A DNA stretch of 64,000 bases, from the NCBI GenBank assembly GCA_000002445.1, contig CH464491.1, forward strand, positions 4,288,001 through 4,352,000, in the 5' to 3' direction. Below the pieces are notes generated by a model. The model saw nothing but the letters and a program-made list of their open reading frames with translations. It was not told where the DNA came from and searched no databases. Positions within the stretch are counted from its first letter, which is position 1; each line of letters begins with the position of its first letter. Shown here piece by piece: positions 22,134-33,659 of the stretch. Source of the stretch: Trypanosoma brucei (lineage: Eukaryota). The position numbers and the translations under genes were made by a program.

Positions 22134-23222
22134 CTAGTACGGCTCTGTGGGATGCCATTTCCGCATATCAGGCCCCAAGGGTTCAAAGAACTTCGCCAAA
22201 TGTTCGGGAGTTACGTCTGACAGCTTTCCAGGATTCCACTTGGGATCCTTTGTTTTGTCAATAAGCAAAGCCCGCACTCCCTCAGGGAAGTCACCACAGG
22301 CATGAGTACGAATGGCACCCACGTAATCGGTGCTGAAAACCTCTGCAGGATCTGTTGCCTTCGCCCCCATCTGCTGCATCTTCAGGGCGAGCTTAAGACT
22401 TGTTGGAGATAATTTTTCCATTGTGGAGATGGCAGTGCGTGCAAACTCACCACCGTCTGCAGCAAGCGACCCCATAACATCCTCCACCGTAGAGGTATCC
22501 TTCAGCGTAAAAACCTTTTCTATAAGAGGGCGGTGTTCCTCCAAAGTGAAAGGTGGCAGATCCTTCACAGCGAATTCGTTCAAACACGCATCGACTTTTG
22601 TGGAGTCTTCGATATGACACAACCGGTCCTCCAGTTGCTCGAAGGAGGCGGCGGGGACATAATGAGTGGCGAGACCGAGATGCACCAAATCCGCTCCCTT
22701 CACACGTCCCCCCGTGAGGCCGAGGTACAGTCCAAAACCAGGCAATTTCAGCCGCGGCAGGAACCAGGAGGCGCCCACATCGGGAAAAAGCCCAATACCA
22801 TTCTCAGGCATGGCAAAAATAGCGCGTTCTGACGCCACACGATACCGACCATGAACTGAGATGCCAACACCTCCGCCCATCACATAGCCGTTCCATAATG
22901 ACACTTGTGGGTTTGGCATAGTGAGGATACGATGGTTTAATTGATACTCCCGGTAAAAGAACTCGTTCACTACGCTGTTGTCTGTAGTAATCATGACGAT
23001 ATCGCCACCCGCACAGAAGCTTTTCTCACCCATGCCCTTCACAACAAACAGAGCGTTGTCCCCCTTCGGGTGGTGTTCGTGGAAATAAGCCAAAGACATT
23101 TCCCTCACCATCTCCAGGTTAAGAGCATTTAGCGCTTTTTCACGATTCAACGTAACCAAACGGGTGTTCGGAAAGTCCCTCCAGAACAACCCCTTTGAGC
23201 ATAGCGGAAGCGTGCAACGCAT
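22134..23222 (-). CDS. HIBCH: 3-hydroxyisobutyryl-CoA hydrolase (enoyl-CoA hydratase/isomerase family, ECH_2), 362 aa
   Basis: FCAGGDIV, NGYVMGGGVGISVHG and AMPENGIGLFPDVGASWFLPRL, plus a C-terminal helical domain (DYVGAIRTHACGDFPEGVRALLIDKTKDPKWNP), are typical of HIBCH. Confidence 0.9.
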   Translation of the reverse strand: MRCTLPLCSKGLFWRDFPNTRLVTLNREKALNALNLEMVREMSLAYFHEHHPKGDNALFVVKGMGEKSFCAGGDIVMITTDNSVVNEFFYREYQLNHRILTMPNPQVSLWNGYVMGGGVGISVHGRYRVASERAIFAMPENGIGLFPDVGASWFLPRLKLPGFGLYLGLTGGRVKGADLVHLGLATHYVPAASFEQLEDRLCHIEDSTKVDACLNEFAVKDLPPFTLEEHRPLIEKVFTLKDTSTVEDVMGSLAADGGEFARTAISTMEKLSPTSLKLALKMQQMGAKATDPAEVFSTDYVGAIRTHACGDFPEGVRALLIDKTKDPKWNPGKLSDVTPEHLAKFFEPLGPDMRKWHPTEPY

Positions 23223-24202
23223 TGGTTACAAAGAAAGATATTAGGAAAACTTTTCGGATGTTGCTTTTTTTCTACTGCGGCCTCCCCTCTCTTTCACCTT
23301 AGTTGGTTTTTCCAACCCTTCTGATCGCGGTTTGTGCGCGTCCGCGTTTGCGTGTGTTCGTGTTTTCCAACGGGATCGGTCGCAGCTGAAGACGTATTCG
23401 ATGGGAGTCTTGATAATCAAATTGAGACGACAGTAGAAAAAAATAACAAAAAAAGAAGTAACAACACGGTAGCAGCACGCACATAAGCTCTCATGAGAAC
23501 TCGGCAGTTAAGAAACACAAAAGACGTAGGGGAGTCTCACAATAAACCGTTTATCAGTTGTAGATGATGATAGTAATAATCATAACACACTAACAACAAG
23601 CATAATATAGTGAATCTGCACTCGGATCATGTGGCTCCCTTCTCCGAAGCCTGCTTGAGAAAAGAGCTCGTTGACCCGTTGCACTTTTACGAATCACGAG
23701 AAAACAGCAAGTCGGAAATGCGCTGTACTCACAAAACATTCCCTCACATTACGCCACTGTTTCCTCCCCTCCCCACCCCCTTCCATCCTTGCCATCGGTA
23801 ACAGTGCTATTTTTTTTTTTTTTTGAGTTCATACGGCAAAGCCCTCATCCATCCGACGGACCATACTTGTCTCATGCAGATCAGTTTACCTTTACCCATG
23901 TGAAACCAGGCCCGGCAAACTTCCAGCGACGGCAATCTGGCATCCAACCAATCACGTACGGAGCTAACGTTCGTCAGGCAAACAACGTTATCACGCAAAA
24001 ATATTGGCCCCAACACATGCTAACATGCTGAGCCCCTTCCCGTTTCTCTAAACCCGAGACTACCCGCGGTTAAAAGCGATGTAACCATCAGCGGTGCCCA
24101 CTTTTAACACAAGCAACAAATAAGTGAGGAGGCCAACGGAACGGCACAGTTGGCGCAACCGCATCATATATCCAAACAAATAAGTGTTCTTTAAAAATTA
24201 TT

Positions 24203-25501
24203 TCAGACATTGAAAATAGCAGCACCAAGGGTGGAGGTGGAAACACCAGCTCCTTCATCCCCACTATCATTCTCAGTATCCAAATCACCTTTACGTAACT
24301 GTGACCGACTCCTCTTCAAACCGTAACCATTTATGTGCGACGGCGATGCGGCATTTTCCTCGTATCTATCCCTCACGATATAGCGGGCCTCACCAACCGT
24401 AACTGCCACCGTCGGGCTTTCATGGCTCAGAACTGTCAACCCAGCCGTTGGACCTAATTGTGATTGAACCCCCCGCGGTTTCCCATTCGTACATGCATCA
24501 AACACCAAAACGCCTCCGCTATGCGTTGCCGAAACTAAATCAACACGCTGAGACCCCCCGTCCTTACGGCGCACGAAGCCAAACATGGCAGGCTGCTGCG
24601 TGCGCACGGTTCGCTCAAACGTTAACAACATGTCGTTGCTCTTGCGAATATCCCAGCAGACGATACGATTTTCCCCCAATCGGCCCGCGGCGTAGACGAG
24701 ATGACCAACTGTTGGATGGGGAAGTATCTGCACTACACCCGACCTTAGACCGCGAAGTACGGCTGCAGCTCCGCAGTGGCGGGTGTCGATAATATCGACG
24801 TTTCCGTTACGAATAAACCCGGCCAGAATCAAACTTTCGGAGTAGGGAGTGGGGCCATCAGCAAGTGCAGAGACAATGCCCTTCGAACAGGGTGATCGGT
24901 AACTAGACTCCACACAGTTGCCCTCACGAAGCACATCATAAAGTCTGATGTGTACATCATCATGAGGTTCACCATAACCAGCCGCTATCAGTTCCCGGTG
25001 AGTGGACCATAGGATAGAATGCGGATGTACCGGCATTCCCATGGTGTTTGAACAACAATACGACGCACGGAGCGCACCGTCCTCGACGTCCCACAGTTGC
25101 AGCGGTAAACTGTTTGTGGCAGTGAGAAATGACGCAGACTCATCGCCCTCCTTAAAAGGGCACCACGCGATATCAATAGCGGGGTAGGGGAGTTTCACCC
25201 ATGCAGCAGGTGTATTATATTCCAAGCGAGGGAGACTATTTTCGTTAACGTTGCGCGCTGCAATAACAGGAACAGACTGCAAACTCCAAGTCGCGAGGAT
25301 CTCCCCACCGCCACTCCCTAGCGAGTAATCTGGAGCGGCAACTAAGCGGCGAAAAATTGCACTCTCAAACCCGTCAGTCTCTAATATGCTTACCGGAGGC
25401 GTTGCAATCTTGCCTTTGCGTTTTGCTGGCATGCCCTCTGATTCCTGATGTTTAGTAAAGAAATGGAGTGGGAGGGGTATTAAAACATATTCACGGAACA
25501 A
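24203..25501 (-). CDS. WD40-repeat-like protein, 432 aa (alternative start at 25432, MPAKRKGK...)
   Basis: Repeated beta-propeller-like blades contain WD/WS dipeptides (LQLWDVEDG, ILWSTHRE, IVCWDIRKS, VLVFDACTNG). A basic N-terminal stretch resembles a nuclear localisation signal. Confidence 0.55.
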   Translation of the reverse strand: MFREYVLIPLPLHFFTKHQESEGMPAKRKGKIATPPVSILETDGFESAIFRRLVAAPDYSLGSGGGEILATWSLQSVPVIAARNVNENSLPRLEYNTPAAWVKLPYPAIDIAWCPFKEGDESASFLTATNSLPLQLWDVEDGALRASYCCSNTMGMPVHPHSILWSTHRELIAAGYGEPHDDVHIRLYDVLREGNCVESSYRSPCSKGIVSALADGPTPYSESLILAGFIRNGNVDIIDTRHCGAAAVLRGLRSGVVQILPHPTVGHLVYAAGRLGENRIVCWDIRKSNDMLLTFERTVRTQQPAMFGFVRRKDGGSQRVDLVSATHSGGVLVFDACTNGKPRGVQSQLGPTAGLTVLSHESPTVAVTVGEARYIVRDRYEENAASPSHINGYGLKRSRSQLRKGDLDTENDSGDEGAGVSTSTLGAAIFNV

Positions 25502-25716
25502 ACTGGGGTAAAAGAGAATAACGGTAGGGTTGTGAAGCGCACCTTACTTGCTGGAATAATGGCGATCACCCACAGGAATCTAACCGAAAACTCAAACAAC
25601 CGACACCACCTCACCTGGAAGAGCAGGTGACCACAAGACAAAAAAAAACAAACTGAAGACATCCCTCTCCCTTGAACCAAAGGGACTTACTTAGATTCAT
25701 CTATCTTTCGCTATCG

Positions 25717-26937
25717 TTAGGGGTTTACGGTACCTTCCAGAGCCCGCTGAAGCATTGCCATGAAATGTAATTCCTCAGCATGATACGGCGCGCGGGGCCC
25801 CTCCCGTTGAAGGCGTTCCTCCGCCTTCTGAACGAGAGCCATTATACCCTTAAGTGTCCTACGCATAGCTTCAACCTCTATCATAAGCGTACAGTGCGCA
25901 ATCTGAATCGTTTCCTCTTCGTGTCTTTCGACCTGAAAGAGTTTCTCCGCCACAGTTACGCGAGTCTTCAAGTGTTGCAAGAATGCCACTGTCTCTGTTT
26001 CCTCCGGTGGAACAGACGAGAGAGCGCTCTCCAGTTTGGTGTGGAGTGACGCTGCCTTTGACTCCATCAGTGTGCTAAATTCTCTCTCTCTTCTATCGAG
26101 TTCATCCTCTTCAACAGGAAGTGTTGTGCGTATTTGCTCGAGAAGATGAGACAACACAGGATGTGGCTTGTATATCCGCTCCGATTCGCTAATGCATTCT
26201 TCGTCATTACCTGTACCTGAAGACCTCTCTACATCTTTCAAGTTCTCAACCCCCATTTCACTCTTGCGATCGTTACGTATGTCGCTGCCAACATCCTGAG
26301 TTGTATCTGGACTTAAATAACAAGCAACTGTATATTCTTCTGTTTCAACACCCACCGGTTCGTATGGAGTCCTGAAGCGCGCTGCGGACATAGACACAGT
26401 CTCCCTCACCACCTCCACATGAGAAGAATCGATTTGGGACTCCGCATGTTCGTGTCGGCTGTGACCACGACTCCCCTCAAATCTGATGGAAGGCGTGTGA
26501 GACCTCTCCGCTTGAATCTGCGTATTGTCTCCTCCAGTTGACAAGATATTGCTGGAACCAGTTCCTAAACCTTCAGCTTCGGTCTCCGCCACCTGACCGT
26601 GGGCCCCTGCGTTTCTTCGTTTTCCCCTTAGAAATGTCCGCCACACCTGTGAACTGCGCGCGACGCTCGGCACTACTTTCGGTGGGTTACGAAGAACACC
26701 GTCTTGCACGGAAGCGTTTATGAGATTCACAACCCTCGCATTGTTGCATGACAAAACCCCTGAGGACCCTTTCGACCGCACAGCACACTTGAAAACCTCC
26801 ATTGCCGCTTCACACTCAGTGGGTGTTGGAACGGGACGAAGGAATGAGTACAGCGTACAGGAGGCATTGATGGGGTCATCAGCTACCGTAGACGCATTCA
26901 GGTCAACGTTGCGCAAGCGGATGATCGGAAGGCACAT
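25717..26937 (-). CDS. Hypothetical protein, 406 aa, with an acidic middle region and a C-terminal coiled-coil-like helical region
   Basis: Long ORF co-oriented with its neighbours. The C-terminus LHTKLESALSS...AEKLFQVERHEEETIQIAHCTLMIEVEAMRRTLKGIMALVQKAEERLQRE is helical. No domain recognised. Confidence 0.5.
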   Translation of the reverse strand: MCLPIIRLRNVDLNASTVADDPINASCTLYSFLRPVPTPTECEAAMEVFKCAVRSKGSSGVLSCNNARVVNLINASVQDGVLRNPPKVVPSVARSSQVWRTFLRGKRRNAGAHGQVAETEAEGLGTGSSNILSTGGDNTQIQAERSHTPSIRFEGSRGHSRHEHAESQIDSSHVEVVRETVSMSAARFRTPYEPVGVETEEYTVACYLSPDTTQDVGSDIRNDRKSEMGVENLKDVERSSGTGNDEECISESERIYKPHPVLSHLLEQIRTTLPVEEDELDRREREFSTLMESKAASLHTKLESALSSVPPEETETVAFLQHLKTRVTVAEKLFQVERHEEETIQIAHCTLMIEVEAMRRTLKGIMALVQKAEERLQREGPRAPYHAEELHFMAMLQRALEGTVNP

Positions 26938-28102
26938 GGATCCTCCTCAATTTTTTTGGACGCCGTCGCCGTTGCCGTCACTAATTTCCGCACTCCACGA
27001 ATTTATGTATGGATGTATGTATATGTTTACGTATTTTGTATGGATCACTGACCCTGCTCTTGCGCAAGTAGCCCTGACCGTTACTATGAACCGTTTCTTC
27101 GCCCACAGTTCTCCAACAACACCAACACAACACGCCCCTCAGTTGCTGTATTCTTTCAGTGTCTATTGAATTATCGAACAGACGGTGTGAACAAACAAAA
27201 AAACAAAAAAAGGAAAGAAATAACTTATTTTCAACGCAGGAAAAGAAAAAAAATACCAAAAGGGATGCGATATATCACAATAGCCATGTAAATAGCGAAA
27301 TGCACAACGCCACCGCTCTATACTTCTGCTTATAATTCAAAACAACATCATTCTTTGCGCGGTGGTCATCCTCGCGGTCCTAAAAGCTGATGAAACTGTG
27401 TAGCATACAAGCAGCGCTTTTTCACCACGTGAGATTGACAGTGTTGGCAGTCCAGAAAATTAACCACTTCCCAATGAAAAGGGGAGATAATGCCAAATAA
27501 TCCTCCAACTTTTCTCCTCCTGACGGGTTGGAAACGTAACGGCGGCCCGTTCCTCACTTCACCACACGGCGATTCGACTCGCGTCGTTGCAAGCGCATGA
27601 GTTGGTGTGCTAAATAAAAAGAAAGAGGGGAGAAACGTGTACCACTGTTGAAATGACTTTACTGCATATTCCTTTCAAGCTAAACACTTGTTTCAATAAT
27701 AAGGAAGAAAAAAGGAGAAAAATTAACAACACGCGCTCAAAATGATGACAGCACACAAACATGAAACACATACCTCGTTACCATTCCTAAGGTGAACAGG
27801 AAAGTGGTGTCGCGGGACATTAGCTCCCATCTGCCTTTTCTTTAAAATAATTTCTTTTATTTTGGCCTACATCACAAAAATAAGATATCCCTGGCTCCTA
27901 CTCCTACAATCATACTAGAGTAACACGACGGGGAGGGGGGAAATTCAGTTCGGTCTGCCGTCGCGGTAATAAACAATTCAACCCAGAGCTCCACACTGTG
28001 AGCTACATTGGAACATCAAACAATAACAAAACAAATTTAAAGTAAACGGACGGTCGGAATAAGGCAAACCACAACAATCACACTGAGCACATATGCACAT
28101 AC

Positions 28103-28103
<1 letters not shown>

Positions 28104-28146
<43 letters not shown>
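28104..28146. repeat. (TA)21 microsatellite
   Basis: Perfect TA dinucleotide run seen directly. Confidence 0.95.
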
Positions 28147-28150
<4 letters not shown>

Positions 28151-28298
28151 CTGTACGTTAATAAAACAGTAATGATGATAATAACATTAACAATTCCTGT
28201 TCACTAGTTTGTCCACACGTTATGCAACAAATACGGACCACCGCATACAAAAAAAAACGACCAGCCGCTCCACAGGCATAATCAGCTCGGTATTTTGA

Positions 28299-28748
28299 TT
28301 ACTCCGTGATGAGCTTTTCACTTCCGGGGATTGAAACAGGTCCAGCGTAGTGGTGCTTAGCCATCGCACCAGGTTTATTGCGCGAAAGCAAGACCATTTC
28401 CTCTGCATATTTATCCGAGGCCCAGCGAGGCACCTGCCAGCCAGGGAAATAATAGGCGCATTGCAATGCCTGAAACCAGTCAACATTAGAAATCATGACA
28501 AATGCAGCGAGAGCTGAAGGGATGCTGAGCACAGCGTTGCGCAGCACTATACGTGTGGCGCGATTGTGGAAGTGACCGTATTGAATGAAGGAAGACCACA
28601 TTCGACCACCAAACCCACCGCAGACGGTGATCGGGTAAAAGTTGCTGTACGGCGCCATCCATGTCACCTTGTTCCAGTTGATTCCCAAGAAGTCACCGGC
28701 GATAACACGGGCGGGGAGTGAAGCCTTTGGAGGTGCCATGAGGACCAC
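28299..28748 (-). CDS. Small hypothetical protein with one predicted transmembrane helix, 149 aa
   Basis: ORF with the hydrophobic segment AVLSIPSALAAFVMISNV. It is W/Y/F-rich and may be a membrane-complex accessory subunit, which is speculative. Confidence 0.4.
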   Translation of the reverse strand: MVLMAPPKASLPARVIAGDFLGINWNKVTWMAPYSNFYPITVCGGFGGRMWSSFIQYGHFHNRATRIVLRNAVLSIPSALAAFVMISNVDWFQALQCAYYFPGWQVPRWASDKYAEEMVLLSRNKPGAMAKHHYAGPVSIPGSEKLITE

Positions 28749-29719
28749 GTGAGATTCTTCCTTTTGCTTTAATTTGTCTTTGTCTACTACACCTATATAA
28801 TGTATACGCAGCTAACTCCTTTCCTACTTTCTTGTACTCCTCCTCCTCCCTTTCCGTCGGTAGTGCTTTGCTCTGTTTAGTGGAGATTCCTGCCGCAAGG
28901 TAAGGCAGAGATTCTTCACAGAAACAGATATATATTTATATATATATTTATATGTGCGTACTTGTGTGTGCTTTCGCTATGGTATCTGCAGTAATCCAAT
29001 GAGTTAGTTCACGACCGGGTGGAAACAGGAAAAACGCAAAGAGCATTAGGAGGAAAAGCAGAGCAATACGATGCGGCTGAAAACACAAAAGAAGGAAAAC
29101 CAACCAATTTCTATTCAAGACGAAGTGGCTCGCCACTAAGGGGCAGGCGGATAAACACGTCCATCCAACGCGATGCAGAAGCCACAGGAAACGGGGGAGA
29201 CGTTTCACCCATGATAACTCCCCTAAAGAGGTATCAACATGGAACACAGCGCAACCGACTTCAAGTCCCCTCACCACAAACACATAAACACCGTTACGTA
29301 CATATATTTGTTTATATTTATTTATATGTCAGCAGTAACGGTGCACGCCAGCGGCGTGAATGCGCATGCGCCTTTCTTCACTTCCCTCAGGTCCCTCAAA
29401 GGTCCCGTGCCTGTTTGGAAGCGTTGATGCCCACCCTGTGCAATAAACAGTAGCGGAAGCAAATTTTCCCCTTCACCTTCCCTGGTGATCATGCCGGCCA
29501 TTTAATAGTAGGTCATTTACACAAGAGAGTGCGATAAATGTGTGGCACACCCAAAGTAACATGGACACACAACGTCGAAAATAGGGAACAAAAAAGTAAA
29601 AAAAAAACAGCACAACATTAATCACCACATCCGATATAAACGGAATTGTAGAGGGAGCAAAAAATGAAATAAACTAAAAATACAAGGGGGAAGGGGATCA
29701 CCCCTTTGCCTATTACCGT

Positions 29720-30082
29720 TTAAGTGCTACTTTCCCCTGTCCAATGGCCGGTGCCGTGCAAGTAGTCATAATCCACAGCGTCATCCTCATAATCCACGCC
29801 TACCCACACCTGTTGTTGCCTTCCGAGCACCCGTCCCATTGGAGTCACGATGCTGTCGACTATTGGCCTCATGAGAGGGAAAGGAAAGAAAAGGGTGCCT
29901 GGGACCTCACCTCCCGTGTGGCCCAATACAGCAAATACAATAAACTGGCAGAGCACAGCAAAGAGTACGAGCAAAAAAAACTCGAAATTATTGAGAAGTG
30001 CATGAAGAACAGGCCCAGGGGCTGGTGAAGATTCGGTCGACCCTAATGAATGCGCGGCAGAGTACCCGGTTGAATAATTCAT
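29720..30082 (-). CDS. Small hypothetical membrane protein, 120 aa
   Basis: ORF with the hydrophobic core FFLLVLFAVLCQFIVFAVLG and an acidic D/Y-rich C-terminus. It is co-oriented with neighbours but has no homology support. Confidence 0.25.
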   Translation of the reverse strand: MNYSTGYSAAHSLGSTESSPAPGPVLHALLNNFEFFLLVLFAVLCQFIVFAVLGHTGGEVPGTLFFPFPLMRPIVDSIVTPMGRVLGRQQQVWVGVDYEDDAVDYDYLHGTGHWTGESST

Positions 30083-30452
30083 GTCAAATGCGAACTACTC
30101 GCGCTAACCTCCACTACCCAGTACTTCTCGTTGGAGTAAAATTTGAAACAAAAACAGACGGTTGTTAAGTAAATATAGTACCCAAAGTGTCCAGGTTATT
30201 GCGGAGGGTGACATGCAGAATAAGAGGGGAAATTCACTGAGAATTAAGAGATAAAAATTAACTAACAACAGAATAAACAGGATCGCTATGTATTGTGATA
30301 AAATGTGAGAAACAGTCAACAAGCATTTAGACAGCGGTAGAGCAAGAGAAGGCACTACCTCAGCACACACAAAAAAAAACAACAACAAAGAGCGACGAGG
30401 GTCAACGGGAGGATATCTCGAAGAAACGAGAAAAGTCAAGCAAAGCTACCAC

Positions 30453-33400
30453 CTATGGCTTGTGTTTCCCGTGACGTCCCACTGATAATGGGCGGTATCC
30501 ACGCCGCCAACGCTGGACATCCTTTTCCCAGTCGTTTACAGCGCTACCGTCAACAGCAGCCCCTAGTGAACGCAGCGCCTTTTCCATCCGCTGCATCCGG
30601 CGCTCGTGTTGCAGCTCAGCTTGTCTTCCAAGTAAACTATGACCCTTCCCAGTCGTAAGTCCATCGTCCTCATCACCCTCGCCATTATATTGGTAATGGG
30701 AGGAAGAGGAAGGTTCCACCTCGTACTCGTCATCCTGCATCGTCGCTTCCGGAATGTTGTCGCGGTACGTTGGGTCCCATATATCCGCTGGGTAACCGAG
30801 CCGGCGCAATAAATACTGCAACGCATCGCTTATGGCCACCACACGCTCCCTCAAGACACTGTGCTCATGCGGTGTCATGCCCTCTATCTTGAAGACAATA
30901 AAAGGACTCCGTGTAGAAGCATCGTAGCTCATATTCGCAGTCGCCACCAGAACTAACTTACGCAACTCAGCCTGCAAATCCTCGTGTAACTCCATTTCAT
31001 GTGATTCCACCGAAGAAAAGGGCTTCGGTACCTCCACCCTTAAAAAAACAGTGCAACTGCCTTTTGCCAACAAGTTACCAACATCGGCTAACGTGTTTGT
31101 GGCACCCCGCCGAGCATCTTGCAGCTCACGAAGACGCATTGAAGTAAGGTTTCCGGTGTGTAACAGCTCAATCACGGCAACGGCTGGGATCCACAGCACC
31201 CGCGAGATGCGATGCTCTTCCCTCATAGAATCACACAAGGCAAGCGACAACAACGTACCACTGAGCGAAGCACGTACCATAACACTATCCCCACCCTCAT
31301 TAGGGCGTCGATGAATTGCAGGGCATTCATCCACCCGAATACCGTACTTTACGACTCCACAACCCGCTTCGTGATTATTTCGACTGTCAAGCATATCCAC
31401 AACACGTTTCACCGCAACCGTACACGCTACGCACCCACTATTAACGCTTTCATTGTTCTCCCCTGATATGCAGCAGAGAGTCAGCCCCCAATGCTCACGC
31501 AAGTGACCCAAATCGCACCACGGGAAAAAGGTATCCGTACAATGAACCTCGGAATTAATTTCACCCGTGGGAACGGATCCCGGAGTGTCCGCGAAAGTTG
31601 CAGGCAAAACACGGTTAGGACTTGTGCGCACTTCAATAACGCAAACGTAACAAACATCCTCCACAGCACTTAGCGGATCACTGCGCCACGAGCAACGAGC
31701 AACATCAGCAACAATACGATCATCACAGTACGAGGGATCCTGCTCTGGCTGGCCGCCCTCCAGTGGAACCCAAGACCGTAGCCCACTGCGCCCTCCAGAT
31801 ATAATCGAAGACAGTGAAGTTAATGCATCAGTATCAAATGCTTCTTTGTCCTGCACACCTTCTAGTGGTTGAAAGGGTCCCTTGTCGCCCTCTGGAAGTG
31901 GAATGAGGTGGTAAACGCGATCGGAGCTTTCGCGAGAAAGATCAGTAAGCACAGATGCCACTACCGCCTCGTTTTCTAGGGGATTCAAACTGTGAGTCGC
32001 GTACACAACACGCCCACATCGCGGATTTGCGTACTGCAGGGCTTGCATCAACTCCGACCGCAGGTAATGGAAAAGTTTGTTGACTCTCGGACAGACAGAC
32101 ACAAACCGGTTCACCACAGCATTTCCCTCCCCCTCCTCCTCCCCCTCCATGGCACCACTAACACCTAATGCATAACGGGGCTTGCAACCGTCGGCGGTTG
32201 TATCTGGGCAGCACAGTACATAATTGCAGTTGCCACGTAACCCCTCATGTACTTGACGCGGAGGGGCTCGTAGCAACACGTGACCCTCAACACCAGCGTG
32301 ATAACCCGTGCTAAACTGCAATTCAACCGCGCCACTCCTCAAACAACCCTCTGCGCTGCTGTTGGCCGCGGGGACGTCTTCCTCATCTGCCCGAGCACTG
32401 ACATGACACTTGCGGCTTGCCACATTGCTCGTACCCGAACCAACCACACAACCAACCTTACGGTTTGGAGACACTAATGAAATAACGACATATCCTACAC
32501 TACTTTCCCCTCCTTCACTGGGATACGCCATGTAACTAGCGATGTCTTTACTGTAAAAACGCTCAGACATGCGGTACGATCGGCTAGACATGTCAAGAAT
32601 AATCTGCGTATCAGCGACGGCACTAGTGACTCTCAACAGCAAAGGGATCAACACACCCAAAAGATCTGAATCAATAAGTGTATCAGCAGCCACCTGTCGC
32701 TGCAACCAATACATGTGACCAATCGTCAAAGGTGAGCTCTTCATTACTTGGTGTACCCCACTCACCTCTGGGACGCATGATATCTCATCCTCCAGGAACG
32801 ACGCCAAACTCGCCGCTTCACGAGAGGTGGTTTCCGCTCCCACCATGTCATCTTGCCGCTGCGCAACGACGCACTCATTAACCGAAACACCTGCAGGTTC
32901 ATTAGGTGGTAGAGCGGAGGGAGAATTCGATGTGTTAAGAAGGGCCATTGGGTCGCAAGTGGATTGGCGGGGAAATAATTCTGCAGAAAAGAGCAGCGGA
33001 TGAGCGGGGTGTTGTGTGAACACGGCTCCGCGGCCCGAACTCTGAGCACTTTGTGCGTGCCGAAGCAACTGCCAGAGGGTCACAAAACGGACAAATGGAA
33101 AAGCGGAGTTCACAATGAGCAAAAGACCCGGTGGTCCCGTCATGATGTCAACAAGACGTTGGCCCTCTGCCCCCGTTACCAACCCCTGCCGCTCGTAATA
33201 TTCAGCGAAAAAACGGCGATGAGCATCTCGGGCTTCCTCCGCTCGTTCCTCATCCGACTCAATGTCCGCTTCCATAACATTCTCCACATCAACCTCCGTA
33301 TCCGACGTTAACGCCAGCTCCTCGAAAAAGTGACGGGCAAGTTGCATGGTGGAGACCGTCCGCTCCACCGCGTCGTCGGCGTCTTCCTGAGCTAAAAAAG

Positions 33401-33659
33401 CAGCCGCTTCATCATCATTAGCGAACGAGACGCCCTCCACGAAGCCACCGGCGTCACGATCAACAGGATTGGGAATTAAACGTACTGGACGGGCGTTGGT
33501 CCACTCACCGCGCAGTAACTCACGGCGGTCTTGCGGAGTCATCCGCCCGATATCGCCCCAACCATGACGTAGCGAGGCAGAGGGCATGTCAGTAATGGAA
33601 CGTGGGATTCGGCGACTTCCACCGCGTTGCAACAACATCAAATGAGTGGTACGGATCAT
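30453..33659 (-). CDS. NOL1/NOP2/Sun (NSUN) RNA m5C-methyltransferase-like protein, 1068 aa, with the motif-VI catalytic Cys replaced by His
   Basis: GRVVYATHSLNPLENEAVVASVL aligns with NSUN2/NOP2 motif VI, G-R-(L/M)-VYSTCSLNP-(I/E)-E(N/D)EAV. The TC dipeptide is TH here. The protein is very large with long acidic insertions. Confidence 0.7.
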   Translation of the reverse strand: MIRTTHLMLLQRGGSRRIPRSITDMPSASLRHGWGDIGRMTPQDRRELLRGEWTNARPVRLIPNPVDRDAGGFVEGVSFANDDEAAAFLAQEDADDAVERTVSTMQLARHFFEELALTSDTEVDVENVMEADIESDEERAEEARDAHRRFFAEYYERQGLVTGAEGQRLVDIMTGPPGLLLIVNSAFPFVRFVTLWQLLRHAQSAQSSGRGAVFTQHPAHPLLFSAELFPRQSTCDPMALLNTSNSPSALPPNEPAGVSVNECVVAQRQDDMVGAETTSREAASLASFLEDEISCVPEVSGVHQVMKSSPLTIGHMYWLQRQVAADTLIDSDLLGVLIPLLLRVTSAVADTQIILDMSSRSYRMSERFYSKDIASYMAYPSEGGESSVGYVVISLVSPNRKVGCVVGSGTSNVASRKCHVSARADEEDVPAANSSAEGCLRSGAVELQFSTGYHAGVEGHVLLRAPPRQVHEGLRGNCNYVLCCPDTTADGCKPRYALGVSGAMEGEEEGEGNAVVNRFVSVCPRVNKLFHYLRSELMQALQYANPRCGRVVYATHSLNPLENEAVVASVLTDLSRESSDRVYHLIPLPEGDKGPFQPLEGVQDKEAFDTDALTSLSSIISGGRSGLRSWVPLEGGQPEQDPSYCDDRIVADVARCSWRSDPLSAVEDVCYVCVIEVRTSPNRVLPATFADTPGSVPTGEINSEVHCTDTFFPWCDLGHLREHWGLTLCCISGENNESVNSGCVACTVAVKRVVDMLDSRNNHEAGCGVVKYGIRVDECPAIHRRPNEGGDSVMVRASLSGTLLSLALCDSMREEHRISRVLWIPAVAVIELLHTGNLTSMRLRELQDARRGATNTLADVGNLLAKGSCTVFLRVEVPKPFSSVESHEMELHEDLQAELRKLVLVATANMSYDASTRSPFIVFKIEGMTPHEHSVLRERVVAISDALQYLLRRLGYPADIWDPTYRDNIPEATMQDDEYEVEPSSSSHYQYNGEGDEDDGLTTGKGHSLLGRQAELQHERRMQRMEKALRSLGAAVDGSAVNDWEKDVQRWRRGYRPLSVGRHGKHKP

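Noticed and set aside
28299-28748. Assignment of the 149-aa single-TM protein to a named respiratory-complex subunit (for example GRIM-19/NDUFA13)
   Set aside because: Attempted alignment from memory did not hold. It is left as a hypothetical membrane protein.
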